This document shows, piece after piece, positions 37,656 through 47,965 of a stretch of 64,000 nt of DNA. The position numbers and the translations under genes were made by a program. Every line of letters starts with the position of its first letter. Position 1 is the stretch's first letter. This DNA is from an uncultured Candidatus Micrarchaeota archaeon. GTDB lineage: Archaea > Micrarchaeota > Micrarchaeia > Anstonellales > Bilamarchaeaceae. Location of the stretch: contig CAVRPK010000001.1 of assembly GCA_963723105.1 (NCBI GenBank), positions 208,543 to 272,542 on the forward strand, read 5' to 3'. Below the pieces are notes generated by a model. It ran no database searches, was not told the origin of the DNA, and saw only the letters and a program-made list of their open reading frames with translations.

Positions 37656-37795
37656 GGTGTTCACGGACCTTTTAGTCTTATATAAATTTTATATACCTTA
37701 TGGGGGGAACAACGAAAATGATAGTTAGAACTGATTATTTTCGCAGAAATTAGAAACAGGCAAGCAATTAAATTTCTAGCATGCAAGCTCTTTGT

Positions 37796-39514
37796 ATGCT
37801 CCTTTTTGCTGATGTTGCTGCGGTCTTTGATAAGCTTGAGCAGCGCAGCGGCAGGCTTGAGATGACAGATATCCTAGCCGAGCTCTTCAAAAAAACAGGC
37901 AATGATGAAATTGAAAAACTAGTTTATTTCATCCAGGGGATAATTGCGCCTCCATATGAGGGGATTGATCTTGGACTCGGTGAGAGATTTGCAGTTGAGG
38001 CCATCTCATCTGCATCGGGGTACACGGTTGCACAAGTGGATCGCCATTATGAAAAAAGCGGAGACCTTGGAGATACTGCAGAAGCGCTTCTTGAGAAAAG
38101 AAAACAAACTGCTCTTTTCACAAGTGAGATGGATCTTTTGTATGTTTATGATGCCATGATGAGGATATCCATTTCAAGTGGAAGTGGAAGCCAGGAGCAG
38201 AAAATCAAACAGCTCACAGAACTTCTCAACAATGCATCACCAACAGAAGCAAGATTTCTTGTTCGTTTTGTGCTTGGAAGACTGAGGCTCGGAGTTGGAG
38301 ACCCTACAATCCTAGATGCAGTCTCAGTTGCCCATGTTGGAGATAAATCTCTTCGGAAACCATTAGAACATGCATACAATGTTTCTGCTGATATGGGACT
38401 GGTTGCAAGATTGTTCTATATAGATCCAAAAAATATTGAAAAATTCAAAGTACAGCCATTCAAACCACTGATGCCTGCGCTTGCAGAGCGACTTAGCACT
38501 CCAAAACAGATAATTGAAAAGATTGGAAAATGCGGAGTTGAAATGAAATATGACGGCTTTCGACTCCAGTGCCATAAAAAAGGAGATCAGGTTGAGCTAT
38601 ATTCAAGAAAGCTGGAAAAAATGACATATATGTTTCCAGATGTTGTTGCTGCGGTGAGAAAACTTAAGGTAAAAGAACTGATTTTCGAAGGAGAAGCACT
38701 CGCTTATAATGCAAAAAAGAAGAGATATTTTTCATTCCAACAAACAATGCATAGAAGAAGAAAACATGGAATTGAAAAAGCATCAACAGATTTCCCACTC
38801 AATCTGTTTGTATTTGATATTCTATACCTTGATGGAGAGGATTTGACTGGAAGAGAATATAGGGAAAGAAGAGACATTATCAAAAAACTTTTCAAGGGAA
38901 AAATTCTCAAGCCAAGCAAAAGCAAGGTGGTTGCAACTGCAAAAACTCTTGAAAAAATCTTTGATAAATCAATTTCAGAAGGACTTGAAGGCATCATGGC
39001 AAAGGATTTGAGCGCGCAATACACTGCAGGAGCCCGCAAATTTGCCTGGATAAAACTCAAGAAATCATATGGAAAGGCAGTTGATACTGTTGATGGAGTT
39101 GTTATTGGGTATTATAGAGGACATGGATCCCGGGCAGAATTTGAATTTGGTGGACTTTTAATTGCAACATATAATCCGGATAATGGAAAACTTGAAACAG
39201 TTGCCAAGATCGGATCTGGATTTTCTGAAGATGAGATGAAGCAGCTAAAGGAAATGCTCGATGAGATAAAAACAGAAAAGCCACCAACTAATTTGAATTA
39301 CAGACTTGAGCCAGATTTCTGGGTTGAGCCAAGATATGTAGTCGAAGTTGCATTTGATGATATTACAATTTCGTCAGTACACAGCTGCGCGCAGAAAAAC
39401 GATAAAGGTTTTGCACTTCGATTTCCAAGACTCGTAAAACTCAGAGATGATAAAACGATAAAAGAGATTACAACAAGCCATGAAATTGAGCAAATGTTCC
39501 ACCTCCAGCGATGA
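37796..39514 (+). CDS. lig: ATP-dependent DNA ligase
   Basis: Adenylation motif VEMKYDGFRLQ, motifs EGEALA, FVFDILY, EGIMAK and an OB-domain C-terminus. Start at MLLFADVAAVFDKLE is typical of archaeal Lig. Confidence 0.9.
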   Translation: MLLFADVAAVFDKLEQRSGRLEMTDILAELFKKTGNDEIEKLVYFIQGIIAPPYEGIDLGLGERFAVEAISSASGYTVAQVDRHYEKSGDLGDTAEALLEKRKQTALFTSEMDLLYVYDAMMRISISSGSGSQEQKIKQLTELLNNASPTEARFLVRFVLGRLRLGVGDPTILDAVSVAHVGDKSLRKPLEHAYNVSADMGLVARLFYIDPKNIEKFKVQPFKPLMPALAERLSTPKQIIEKIGKCGVEMKYDGFRLQCHKKGDQVELYSRKLEKMTYMFPDVVAAVRKLKVKELIFEGEALAYNAKKKRYFSFQQTMHRRRKHGIEKASTDFPLNLFVFDILYLDGEDLTGREYRERRDIIKKLFKGKILKPSKSKVVATAKTLEKIFDKSISEGLEGIMAKDLSAQYTAGARKFAWIKLKKSYGKAVDTVDGVVIGYYRGHGSRAEFEFGGLLIATYNPDNGKLETVAKIGSGFSEDEMKQLKEMLDEIKTEKPPTNLNYRLEPDFWVEPRYVVEVAFDDITISSVHSCAQKNDKGFALRFPRLVKLRDDKTIKEITTSHEIEQMFHLQR

Positions 39515-39550
39515 GCAATATTTTTTAACCTAAAGAGGATTAGTTGGTTC

Positions 39551-40954
39551 ATGAAAGTTGATTACAAAAAGTTAGTATCAGGAAATCTTATTTGTATTTT
39601 ACTCGCAGAAGAAGAGGCCCCGCCAGGAGACTTTGTTTTGCATAAGGTAAGCTTCGAAGGAAAAGAAGGGCAAAGCTTCTCATTGAGTAGTGGGAAGAAA
39701 AACATTCTTCTTGTTGGGCTTGGAAAGAAAAAAGAGATGAAAGGAGATAGTTTCCGGATTGCTGCAGGTACTTGTGTAAGATATGCAGAAAAAATCAAGG
39801 AAAAGGAAATTTCTATTTATTATCCTAAAGCAGATGAGAAATCAGCAGGAGCAATAGCTGAAGGAGCAATTTTGGCAGGATACAAATTTAACAAATACAA
39901 AACAAAAAAGGAAAAGTTTGAAGTAGCAAAAATACATCTGGTCGCAACAAAAAATTTAACAGACGCTCTTGGAAAAGGAGGAATACTCGCTAGTGCACAA
40001 AATTATGCAAGAGCACTTGATGAGGAACCGGCAAACATCGCAACCCCCCAAATGATAGCAAACGCTGCGCGTAAATTGGCAAAGGGGAATAAGCTAAAGG
40101 TCACAGTATTTGATACAAAAGCAATGAAAAAAATGGGAATGAATGCAATTCTTGCAGTAGGACAGGGAAGCGCAGTTCCGCCTGTTTTGGTAAAGTTGGA
40201 GTATAATGCAATGTCCAAATACCCCCTCTTTTGCATTGTTGGAAAGGGGATTACTTTTGACAGTGGAGGAATCAGCATCAAGCCATCCAAGGGAATGCAC
40301 GAGATGAAATATGACAAAACAGGCGCAATTAATGTGCTTGGGGTTTTCAAGGCAGTAGCAGAGATGAAACTTCCAATCAGGCTTATGGGCCTAATGCCGC
40401 TTGCTGAAAATACTCCTGGATCAAAGGCTCAGAAGCCAGGGGATATTATCAAAGCATATAACGGAAAAACAATCGAGGTTCTCAATACAGATGCTGAAGG
40501 AAGGCTTATTCTTGCAGATGCACTATCCTATGCCGCTACGCAAAAACCAGATTATATGATCGATATGGCAACTTTAACCGGAGCAATTGTTGTTTGTCTG
40601 GGCAGGCATGCAATCGGTATGTTCAGTGATGATGACAAACTTGCCAGAACATTGATTGAGGCAGGTGAAGAAACGCATGAGAGGGTGTGGAGATTGCCAC
40701 TCTGGCCCGAATATGGAAAAATGATGGAATCTGGCATTGCAGACTTGAAAAATATTTCAGAGCTGCCAGAAGCAGGATCAATTACAGCAGCAGCGTTTCT
40801 CAAGGAATTTGTAGGAGATGTTAAATGGGCACATCTGGACATTGCTGCTGTTGATGCAATAAGTACAGAACATGGATACCTTGGAAAGGGAGCCAGTGGA
40901 ATTGGAGTAAGACTTGTTACCGAAGCTTTTGAAAAGCTTGCAAAGAGCAAATAA
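39551..40954 (+). CDS. pepA: leucyl aminopeptidase (M17)
   Basis: VGKGITFDSGGISIKP, NTDAEGRLILADAL, DMATLTGA. Confidence 0.85.
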   Translation: MKVDYKKLVSGNLICILLAEEEAPPGDFVLHKVSFEGKEGQSFSLSSGKKNILLVGLGKKKEMKGDSFRIAAGTCVRYAEKIKEKEISIYYPKADEKSAGAIAEGAILAGYKFNKYKTKKEKFEVAKIHLVATKNLTDALGKGGILASAQNYARALDEEPANIATPQMIANAARKLAKGNKLKVTVFDTKAMKKMGMNAILAVGQGSAVPPVLVKLEYNAMSKYPLFCIVGKGITFDSGGISIKPSKGMHEMKYDKTGAINVLGVFKAVAEMKLPIRLMGLMPLAENTPGSKAQKPGDIIKAYNGKTIEVLNTDAEGRLILADALSYAATQKPDYMIDMATLTGAIVVCLGRHAIGMFSDDDKLARTLIEAGEETHERVWRLPLWPEYGKMMESGIADLKNISELPEAGSITAAAFLKEFVGDVKWAHLDIAAVDAISTEHGYLGKGASGIGVRLVTEAFEKLAKSK

Positions 40955-40990
40955 AAAATAATTGTTGTAAGTATATTACAGGTGGATAAC

Positions 40991-41377
40991 ATGAGCGGAT
41001 ATTTATTTCGAGAATCAGCAATAGAATGGCTAAAAGAAAACAACTTTAACGACGAGGAAATTGACGAGCTGCAAGAAATTCTAAATGTTGTTGCAAAGAG
41101 CAGAGGAGAGGGACTTATAAAGCTGCCAAAAGACGCAGGAGTCAAAGTATCTGCAATGGTTTATCTTCTTGATTCGATTACTGAAGAAGACGGAAAGCAA
41201 ATATGTTTTGATGAAAAGGGATTTATTGAAATCCCAGATGAGGCGAAAATACATTATGACGATGCAATAAAGATTGAAGAGCTGGAAGGAACAATCTCCA
41301 AGCTTCGAAAAATCAAAGTAGGCCGGGATCACTCATCTCCAAAAAGAAGGGGAAGTGTGAAAAGTGAGAGATATTAG
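40991..41377 (+). CDS. hypothetical acidic protein
   Basis: ATG behind AGGTGGA. No recognisable family. Confidence 0.4.
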   Translation: MSGYLFRESAIEWLKENNFNDEEIDELQEILNVVAKSRGEGLIKLPKDAGVKVSAMVYLLDSITEEDGKQICFDEKGFIEIPDEAKIHYDDAIKIEELEGTISKLRKIKVGRDHSSPKRRGSVKSERY

Positions 41378-41649
41378 TTTCTTATTTCAAATTTTTTAAA
41401 TTCTTTTTTTGAATCATGCCAAGAATGTTCTATTTTTGAAACCACAGCTTCAGATGGACCGTGAGAAGCCCAATTGAGTAGCTCTTCAAGTTTTTCTTTT
41501 TCCCCTTCTGCAACTACTTCAACAGAGCCATCAGGAAGATTTAACACATATCCAGAAAGACCTAGATCAGTTGCTATATCAAAAGCATTTGCCCGAAAAA
41601 AGACACCTTGAACAATTCCAAAAACATGAATGAGAATTCTTGAATCCAT
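41374..41649 (-). CDS. acyP: acylphosphatase
   Basis: 91 aa. VFGIVQGVFFR, GYVLNLPDGSVEVVAEGE. Confidence 0.8.
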   Translation of the reverse strand: MDSRILIHVFGIVQGVFFRANAFDIATDLGLSGYVLNLPDGSVEVVAEGEKEKLEELLNWASHGPSEAVVSKIEHSWHDSKKEFKKFEIRN

Positions 41650-41679
41650 AAATAGAAATAGAAAAAAAAGAATAAAAAA

Positions 41680-43323
41680 CTACATATCCATTGGTGGCAT
41701 ACCGCCAGGTGGCATTCCTCCACCGCCTCCGCCCCCTCTGGAACTGATGATATCATCAATTCTAAGGACGAGTCTGGCAGTTTCAGTTGCAGAAGATATT
41801 GCCTGAGATTTAACTCTCAACGGCTCAAAGATACCTTGTGCTTTAAGATCAGAAACCTTTCCTGCAAGTACATCAACACCAAATGTTTTACCATCTTTCT
41901 CTTTGTGCTTGTTCTTCAGAGTAACAAGCGTATCAATTACATCCATACCGGCATTTTCTGAAAGTGCTCTTGGTATGCATTCAAGTGCGTCTGCAAATGC
42001 TTGAATTGCAAGCTGTTCTCTGCCGCCGATTTCAACTGAATATGCATGAAGTTCTCTGTTGAGTTCCATTTCAACACTTCCGCCACCAACGACATATTTT
42101 CCATCTTCGAGTGCACTTGCAACAGCGCCTCTGGCATCAACAACTGCTCTTTCAACTTCGCTAACAACATGGTCAGTTCCACCACGAACAAAAATTGTAA
42201 CTGACTTTGGATCTTTGCATTTTTCAACAAAGATCATAGCTTCGCCACCAACTTTCTTCTCCCTAACATTGCCTGCAAAACCAAGCTTTACATCTTTGAG
42301 GTCTTCGAGACTAGATGCAATAGCAGCGCCAGTTGCTCTTGAGAGTTTTTCCATATCGCTCTTCTTTACTCTTCGGACTGCAGCAATGCCTTTCTTTGAG
42401 AGGAAATGTTGAACTAAATCATCAATTCCTTTTTGACAGAATACAATGGTTACTCCAGTTGCAGCAATCTTTTCTGCCATATCCCTCATCATTTTCTCCT
42501 CTTGTTCAAGGAATGCCTGCATTTTGTCTGGAGAAGTGATTTCAATCTTTGCATCAGTCTCTGTTTTTTCAATTTCAAGTGCAGTATCAAGAAGCATGAT
42601 CTTTGCATCTGCTATTGATTTTGGCATACCACTGTGAACAATTTCTTTGTCAATAACAACGCCATTGACAAGCTTTGTGTCCATAACGTGTCCGCCTGCT
42701 TTTTTCTCGATTTTTATCAGATCAAGATCAACTTCATATTTACCATTTTTCTCAGTAGAAACCTGCATCACAGCATCAGAAATTATCCTTGCAATCTTTT
42801 CTTTTTCAGCATCAGAACCAATTCCTTTGGAACCCATAGCAACAAGAGAAATTTTCTTTAGAGTCTCAGCATCATCATGGCTAACTGTTTCAGAAACAGA
42901 CTGAAGAACTTCATCTGTTTTAGCTGAAGCAAGTTCATACCCTTTGATAATTACTGTTGGGTGGATTCCCTGATCCAAAAGCTCTCCTGCTTTTTTGAGT
43001 AGGTTACCTGCAATAACTACAGATGTTGTAGTTCCATCACCAACTTCCTTATCCTGGGTTTTTGCAATTTCAACCATTAATTTAGCTGCTGGATGATCAA
43101 CATTCATTTCTTCGAGGATTGTTGCGCCGTCATTTGTAATGACTATATCCCCAAGATCAGAAACAAGCATTTTGTCCATTCCCTTTGGACCTAGCGTGGT
43201 CTTGACGATATTTGCAACAGCATATCCAATTGCAATGTTAATTCGCATTGCATCTCTTCCTAAAACCCTTTGGGCTCCTTCTGGTAGAACAACCGTTTGT
43301 TCTCCACTTACTTGTCTACTCAT
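41680..43323 (-). CDS. ths: thermosome subunit (group II chaperonin)
   Basis: [18 protein letters not shown]-terminal [17 protein letters not shown] tail. Confidence 0.9.
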   Translation of the reverse strand: MSRQVSGEQTVVLPEGAQRVLGRDAMRINIAIGYAVANIVKTTLGPKGMDKMLVSDLGDIVITNDGATILEEMNVDHPAAKLMVEIAKTQDKEVGDGTTTSVVIAGNLLKKAGELLDQGIHPTVIIKGYELASAKTDEVLQSVSETVSHDDAETLKKISLVAMGSKGIGSDAEKEKIARIISDAVMQVSTEKNGKYEVDLDLIKIEKKAGGHVMDTKLVNGVVIDKEIVHSGMPKSIADAKIMLLDTALEIEKTETDAKIEITSPDKMQAFLEQEEKMMRDMAEKIAATGVTIVFCQKGIDDLVQHFLSKKGIAAVRRVKKSDMEKLSRATGAAIASSLEDLKDVKLGFAGNVREKKVGGEAMIFVEKCKDPKSVTIFVRGGTDHVVSEVERAVVDARGAVASALEDGKYVVGGGSVEMELNRELHAYSVEIGGREQLAIQAFADALECIPRALSENAGMDVIDTLVTLKNKHKEKDGKTFGVDVLAGKVSDLKAQGIFEPLRVKSQAISSATETARLVLRIDDIISSRGGGGGGGMPPGGMPPMDM

Positions 43324-43537
43324 GTTTTCACCTTAGTTTAACAATTATATCAAATTATTTCTCGATAATTAGTTTTGATAGATTTCCTATCGTAAGTTCA
43401 TTCGTAGCCAAATGCTTTTAAAACTAACGAAGATGTGAAAAATCATCAGATTATTTGCACAGCTGAAAAATGCCATAAGGCAAAGCTTTAAGAGGTGAAA
43501 GAAGGCTAAATATATTGAATTTTAATAGAGGATAATT

Positions 43538-44860
43538 ATGGATTTAGGAAAAAAACTACGCCAGGCGCTTTCAAAGCTTACAAATCGCCCCTATGTGGAC
43601 GAAGCAGATGTAAAAGCACTGATAAAAGACCTGCAAAGAGTCCTGATATCCTCAGACGTAAATGTCAAGCTTGTTTTGAAACTTTCAAAGAAAATAGAAG
43701 AAAGAACACTAAAAACAGATAAGCTCGAGGCATTATCTCTCAAGGAACATGTAACCAAGATCGTCTATGAGGAATTAGTTAACCTAATGGGAGAAACATA
43801 CCAGCCACGCCTAGACAAACACAAAATTCTCATTTGCGGACTTTATGGTTCTGGAAAAACAACCAGCTGTGCAAAGCTTGCCCATTTTTACAAGACCAAG
43901 GGGTTGAGTGTTGGGTTGATTGCAGCAGATACTGATAGGCCAGCTGCGCAAGAACAACTGGAACAGCTCTCAAAAAAGGTTGGAGCGGCATATTACACAA
44001 CAAAAGGGGAAAAAGTTCCGGCAAAAATAGTTGAAACTGCCCTTGCAGAGGCAAAAGAAGATGTGATAATAGTTGATTCGGCTGGAAGATCTGCACTGGA
44101 TGAACAACTGGTTGAAGAGTTAAGAGAAGTTGCAGATATGCTCAAGCCAGATGAGAATTTCCTTGTTATGAGCGCTGATATCGGGCAGGTTGCAGGAAAA
44201 CAAGCAACAGAATTTAATGAAACAATCCCACTATCAGGAGTTCTGGTTACTAAGATGGATGGTTCTGGAAAAGGAGGTGGGGCACTCAGTTCTGTTGGAG
44301 CATCAAACGCAAAAATTGCATTTATTGGTCTTGGAGAAAAGATGGGAGACCTCCAAATTTATAATTCGGAGAAGTTTGTTGGAAGGCTTCTTGGAGTTCC
44401 TGATATCGGAGCTTTAATGGAAAAAATCAAGGAAATTTCAAAAGAAACAGACGTAAAAAAGCTTGAAAGTGAAAAACTTACTATTGAAGCATTTTATGAG
44501 CAGCTCAAAGCAGCAAAGAAGATGGGCCCGCTTGGAGATGTGTTTTCAATGCTTGGAGCAGCTGATGTTCCAAAAGAAGTTGTCCAGCAGAGTGAAGGAA
44601 AACTTACAAAATTCGAATCAATGATCAATTCCATGACAAAGGCTGAAAAGAAAGATGCTGGCCTGCTCAAAAACAATCAGACAAGAATTTCAAGAATTGC
44701 AAAGGGCAGTGGATGTGAAGAAAAAGAAGTTCGTGAATTTTTGTCTCAATTTGAAAAAATGGAAAAAATGATGAACATGTTCAAGAAGAATCGCGGCTTT
44801 AGAAAGAAAATGGAAAAAATGATGAAAGGCGGCGGACTTCCAGGAAATATGAGTGTATAA
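43538..44860 (+). CDS. srp54: signal recognition particle protein SRP54
   Basis: GLYGSGKTTSCAKLA, DTDRPAA, VDSAGR, TKMDGSGKGGGALS, Met-rich M domain. Confidence 0.9.
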   Translation: MDLGKKLRQALSKLTNRPYVDEADVKALIKDLQRVLISSDVNVKLVLKLSKKIEERTLKTDKLEALSLKEHVTKIVYEELVNLMGETYQPRLDKHKILICGLYGSGKTTSCAKLAHFYKTKGLSVGLIAADTDRPAAQEQLEQLSKKVGAAYYTTKGEKVPAKIVETALAEAKEDVIIVDSAGRSALDEQLVEELREVADMLKPDENFLVMSADIGQVAGKQATEFNETIPLSGVLVTKMDGSGKGGGALSSVGASNAKIAFIGLGEKMGDLQIYNSEKFVGRLLGVPDIGALMEKIKEISKETDVKKLESEKLTIEAFYEQLKAAKKMGPLGDVFSMLGAADVPKEVVQQSEGKLTKFESMINSMTKAEKKDAGLLKNNQTRISRIAKGSGCEEKEVREFLSQFEKMEKMMNMFKKNRGFRKKMEKMMKGGGLPGNMSV

Positions 44861-44862
44861 TT

Positions 44863-45384
44863 CTAGTTCTTGCAAGCTTTTCGCATGGCATCAATGCCAT
44901 CCATTGCCTGCTCACCAAAAACAGACCTCACTGCATCATCCTCAGTAGACCAACTAGAATGAGTCTGCTGGATAAAACGAGTAAATCTTAAGTTGGACTT
45001 GTCAAACCCAGTAGCAGTTTTTCTAAGAGCATGGGAAACTTCCAGTGGAGCTGCTTCTGCAATGCAACTGTTCGGATCAGGCTCACCCTTGCACTGCTCT
45101 ACAGTGTTACGGATATTTGTAACTGCAAACTTGCCAACATCCCTGCCCACATGCTTTGAGAGGGCATCAGCACTTTTCTTGGATGTCAGGCACTGGACTG
45201 TCACTCTGCCTGAGCGCAAATCTTCCAATAATGGATCGGTATTGTTGATTTTCATTACTCTGGCAAATGACAGGGCCATAAAACCTGCTATTACTAGTGA
45301 TCCTGCAGTACCAATAATTAGCCTTTCATGGCGAGATAAGAATTTTCTGCATTTCATAAGGATAACCAAAGGAGATATACACAC
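44863..45384 (-). CDS. hypothetical membrane-anchored protein
   Basis: Single N-terminal TM segment (LIIGTAGSLVIAGFMALSF). No family recognised. Confidence 0.4.
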   Translation of the reverse strand: MCISPLVILMKCRKFLSRHERLIIGTAGSLVIAGFMALSFARVMKINNTDPLLEDLRSGRVTVQCLTSKKSADALSKHVGRDVGKFAVTNIRNTVEQCKGEPDPNSCIAEAAPLEVSHALRKTATGFDKSNLRFTRFIQQTHSSWSTEDDAVRSVFGEQAMDGIDAMRKACKN

Positions 45385-45480
45385 AAATATTTATAAAATA
45401 TAACAATAGGTTACAAGAAGTTTTGGTGCTATTGAAAATTATAACATCCGAGTTTTTTGCTTCTTTTTTCCTAAAAAGAA

Positions 45481-45747
45481 GAGGTGAGGGACATAGTCTG
45501 CCTTTTGTGTTCAGGTAGCATTTGACTACCACAAAAATCATTACTGATTTTTGGGCCCATTGACCGGTTTACCGGTCAATTGGGAGCGGCGCAAAGGCCT
45601 TGCTCCGTCATTGGATAATAGAACACTCGTTTCAACCCCGAAGGGTATCGTTTCTGTACTGCTCTACTGGCCCTTAAAGCCAAATATCCTCATGGAGGGC
45701 AGAACTTCCTCACTTTTGCAAGCGTGAGCTACCTGCCCCTCACCCAG
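45481..45747 (-). ncRNA. rnpB: RNase P RNA (compact archaeal form)
   Basis: ORF-free, GC-enriched stretch. P1 pairs 5' GGUGAGGG with 3' CCCUCACC. CR-I-like GAGGAAGUUCUGCCCUCCAU. CR-V-like ACACAAAAGGCAGACUAU. P4 pairing UCUGCC/GGCAGA. GGAGCAAGGCC block as in bacterial M1 RNA. A T-run (CUUCUUUUU) directly follows the 3' end. Confidence 0.7.
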
Positions 45748-45776
45748 CATATTGTTGATGCAAAAATAAGAAAAAC

Positions 45777-46697
45777 CTATCTAAATGGCCGAAAATTTCT
45801 GCGAAGGGGACTAAGGCCTGCTTTGGAATGAAGGGTTGCTTCGATAGATTCGATTTCAACTGGATCAAGCGCAGCGCACATGTCAGCTTCAATTAGAATA
45901 GCTGGATAGGCAAAATGATCGCTGATTGCAGAGAGAGCATAGACGATTTTGGCAGCTTCATCAACATCTCCAAGAACTTCAATTCGAAGCGGAATGTCAA
46001 ATTTAGATGGTTTGATATAAAAGAATTTGATTTTTGATCCGAGTGAGCTCAGATCTTTTTTCGGAGAACCTGGATCAAAATAATCCATTTCTATTGTACG
46101 CTCTCCAGACTTCAGCAAATAATCACAAAGAACACTGTCAGAACATTTTTCAGAAAATCTTTGAGCGCGAGAATCTTTGATAACCCCTGCAAAAAGACAT
46201 TTTGAAGAATAAAGTTTTTCATATTGAGATATGACTTCCTGATAAAGCGGATAGAGTTTGCTAGCTTTAGTTGGAATGTCTGATGGAACTGGAAGAAGAG
46301 ATCCATCAAGAAGAAGAATTTTGGGAGAATACTTTTCTACAAGCTCATTTGCGCAGGTAATCTCATGCTTTAACCGAACAAGAGAACGAAAAACATTTGC
46401 TTCGTGTTCATCGAGCGCGCTCATAAGTTCAACCGAAGATTTTGGAACTTTGCTGGGATGATGATCGAATGTTTTGATCTTGGAATTTTCATATACAAAA
46501 TGCACGCCGGCAGCTCGGGCAACGGTTATATCAACCCCGTGCATGCGATGAGCAAGAAGGCCACCATCAACTGCACAAACAGAAAGATTAAGCGATGAGG
46601 ATTCTACTTTGCAAACCTTGTCAGTCATTTGCATTGCAGTTTCTTGAATAGAATTTTGTGATTTGTGAATTTCAGAAATAAGCGAATCAACATCCAT
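45777..46697 (-). CDS. nurA: NurA-domain 5'-3' nuclease-like protein
   Basis: 306 aa. VCAVDGG near the N-terminus and ILLLDGSLLP are characteristic NurA acidic motifs. No herA/mre11/rad50 is adjacent. Confidence 0.5.
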   Translation of the reverse strand: MDVDSLISEIHKSQNSIQETAMQMTDKVCKVESSSLNLSVCAVDGGLLAHRMHGVDITVARAAGVHFVYENSKIKTFDHHPSKVPKSSVELMSALDEHEANVFRSLVRLKHEITCANELVEKYSPKILLLDGSLLPVPSDIPTKASKLYPLYQEVISQYEKLYSSKCLFAGVIKDSRAQRFSEKCSDSVLCDYLLKSGERTIEMDYFDPGSPKKDLSSLGSKIKFFYIKPSKFDIPLRIEVLGDVDEAAKIVYALSAISDHFAYPAILIEADMCAALDPVEIESIEATLHSKAGLSPLRRNFRPFR

Positions 46698-46792
46698 ATA
46701 TCAAAAAATCAATCAAAAACATATTTTAATACAGCCTCCAGAACATAGTATGGGGATAGAAAACCCCAACCTAAAATATTGAGGGTTTTGAC

Positions 46793-47308
46793 ATGATACT
46801 TTCTGATATTGACATCAAGAAACTTTTGAAAAAAGGAACAATAAAAATAGAGCCGCTTGAAGATGGACAGATTGGACCTGCAAGCATTGATCTTACTCTT
46901 GCAGATGAATGGCATTTTTTCAAGCCAGAATTAAAAAAGAAGACCGTAGACCTCTCAAAAACTCCTTTCCAAAAATCTTTCAATATTAAAAAAGCAAAAA
47001 GCATTATACTAAAACCAAGGCAAATGTGCCTTGCTAGGACCAAAGAAAAGATCACTCTGCCAGCAAATATCATGGGAAATCTGGAAGGCAGAAGCAGATA
47101 TGCAAGAATGGGACTTGTAATTCACATCACAAGCGCTCTTGTTCAGCCTGGAAGCAGTAATCACCAGGTTCTTGAAATCGTAAACCTTGCTCCGTTTCCA
47201 GTGAAACTTCATGCAGGAATGAGAATATCCCAGGTAGTATTTGAAGAGCTTAACTCAAAAACAGGAAAGCCATATGCAAAATTCGGAGAAATTGCAAGAA
47301 AACAGTAG
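46793..47308 (+). CDS. dcd: dCTP deaminase (dUTPase superfamily)
   Basis: MILSDIDIKKLL..., GPASIDLTL, GLVIH, PGSSNHQVLEI. Confidence 0.8.
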   Translation: MILSDIDIKKLLKKGTIKIEPLEDGQIGPASIDLTLADEWHFFKPELKKKTVDLSKTPFQKSFNIKKAKSIILKPRQMCLARTKEKITLPANIMGNLEGRSRYARMGLVIHITSALVQPGSSNHQVLEIVNLAPFPVKLHAGMRISQVVFEELNSKTGKPYAKFGEIARKQ

Positions 47309-47323
47309 AATTAAGTTCTGGAT

Positions 47324-47965
47324 TTGGCAATAAATAATGGAGATGATTGTTTGTTTGACATTGGAACGAAAAATACAACGCTAGTTGCAGTCATAATCTT
47401 GATTGGAATAATGCTGTTTTCAGGATTTGCACTAAAGCCGCAATTTGAAAATCCAGAAATAGTATTCAATGAAGAGCCGCTTGAGAAAAATGTCAAATTG
47501 CAAATTCTTCCTGGAGAGGAATACAAATACAGATATCTCATCAATGACACAGGAGTCAACATAACATACAGGTTAATGACTGGAAGCGGGTGTACAATAA
47601 TCTACATGCAGGAAAGTGCAAACTTCACACATATCTGCTTGGATGAATGGGGCATGGATAGTACCAAATCAAATTCAACTTTTGGGAATATGGCATTTCT
47701 TCTCTTCAAACCTTGGATGCTGGCTCTTGATGACAACTGGAAGTGGAACAATTCTAAGTATGTGAAATATGAGCAAATTTACAATCATATTTCAGACAAT
47801 CAGTATAGAGTTATGAGAAAGGAGAACTACAGCGGAAGAATGGCTTATGTAGTTGAAATCAGCTCATCCAAAGGACCGTCTGAATACCAATGGATAGACG
47901 AAGAAAAAAGAGTTCTGCTAAAAACAATAGGAGAAGGATATGTAGTAGAGCTGATCACTCAGTGA
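47324..47965 (+). CDS. hypothetical N-terminally anchored extracytoplasmic protein
   Basis: TM segment LVAVIILIGIMLFSGFAL followed by an N/Y/W-rich domain. No family recognised. Confidence 0.4.
   Translation: MAINNGDDCLFDIGTKNTTLVAVIILIGIMLFSGFALKPQFENPEIVFNEEPLEKNVKLQILPGEEYKYRYLINDTGVNITYRLMTGSGCTIIYMQESANFTHICLDEWGMDSTKSNSTFGNMAFLLFKPWMLALDDNWKWNNSKYVKYEQIYNHISDNQYRVMRKENYSGRMAYVVEISSSKGPSEYQWIDEEKRVLLKTIGEGYVVELITQ

Noticed and set aside
45326-45541. 71-aa ORF overlapping the 3' part of the RNase P RNA. Likewise the 85-aa ORF 52533-52790 overlapping tRNA-Gly.
   Set aside because: They overlap well-supported RNA genes and have no SD or recognisable protein features.
45481-45747. SRP (7S) RNA, suggested by the structured GC-rich ORF-free block located only ~600 nt from srp54
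   Set aside because: No helix-8-type GNAR tetraloop with flanking AGCA/GGAA loops could be found on either strand. The RNase P landmarks (P1, CR-I, CR-V, P4 pairing) are all present on the minus strand.
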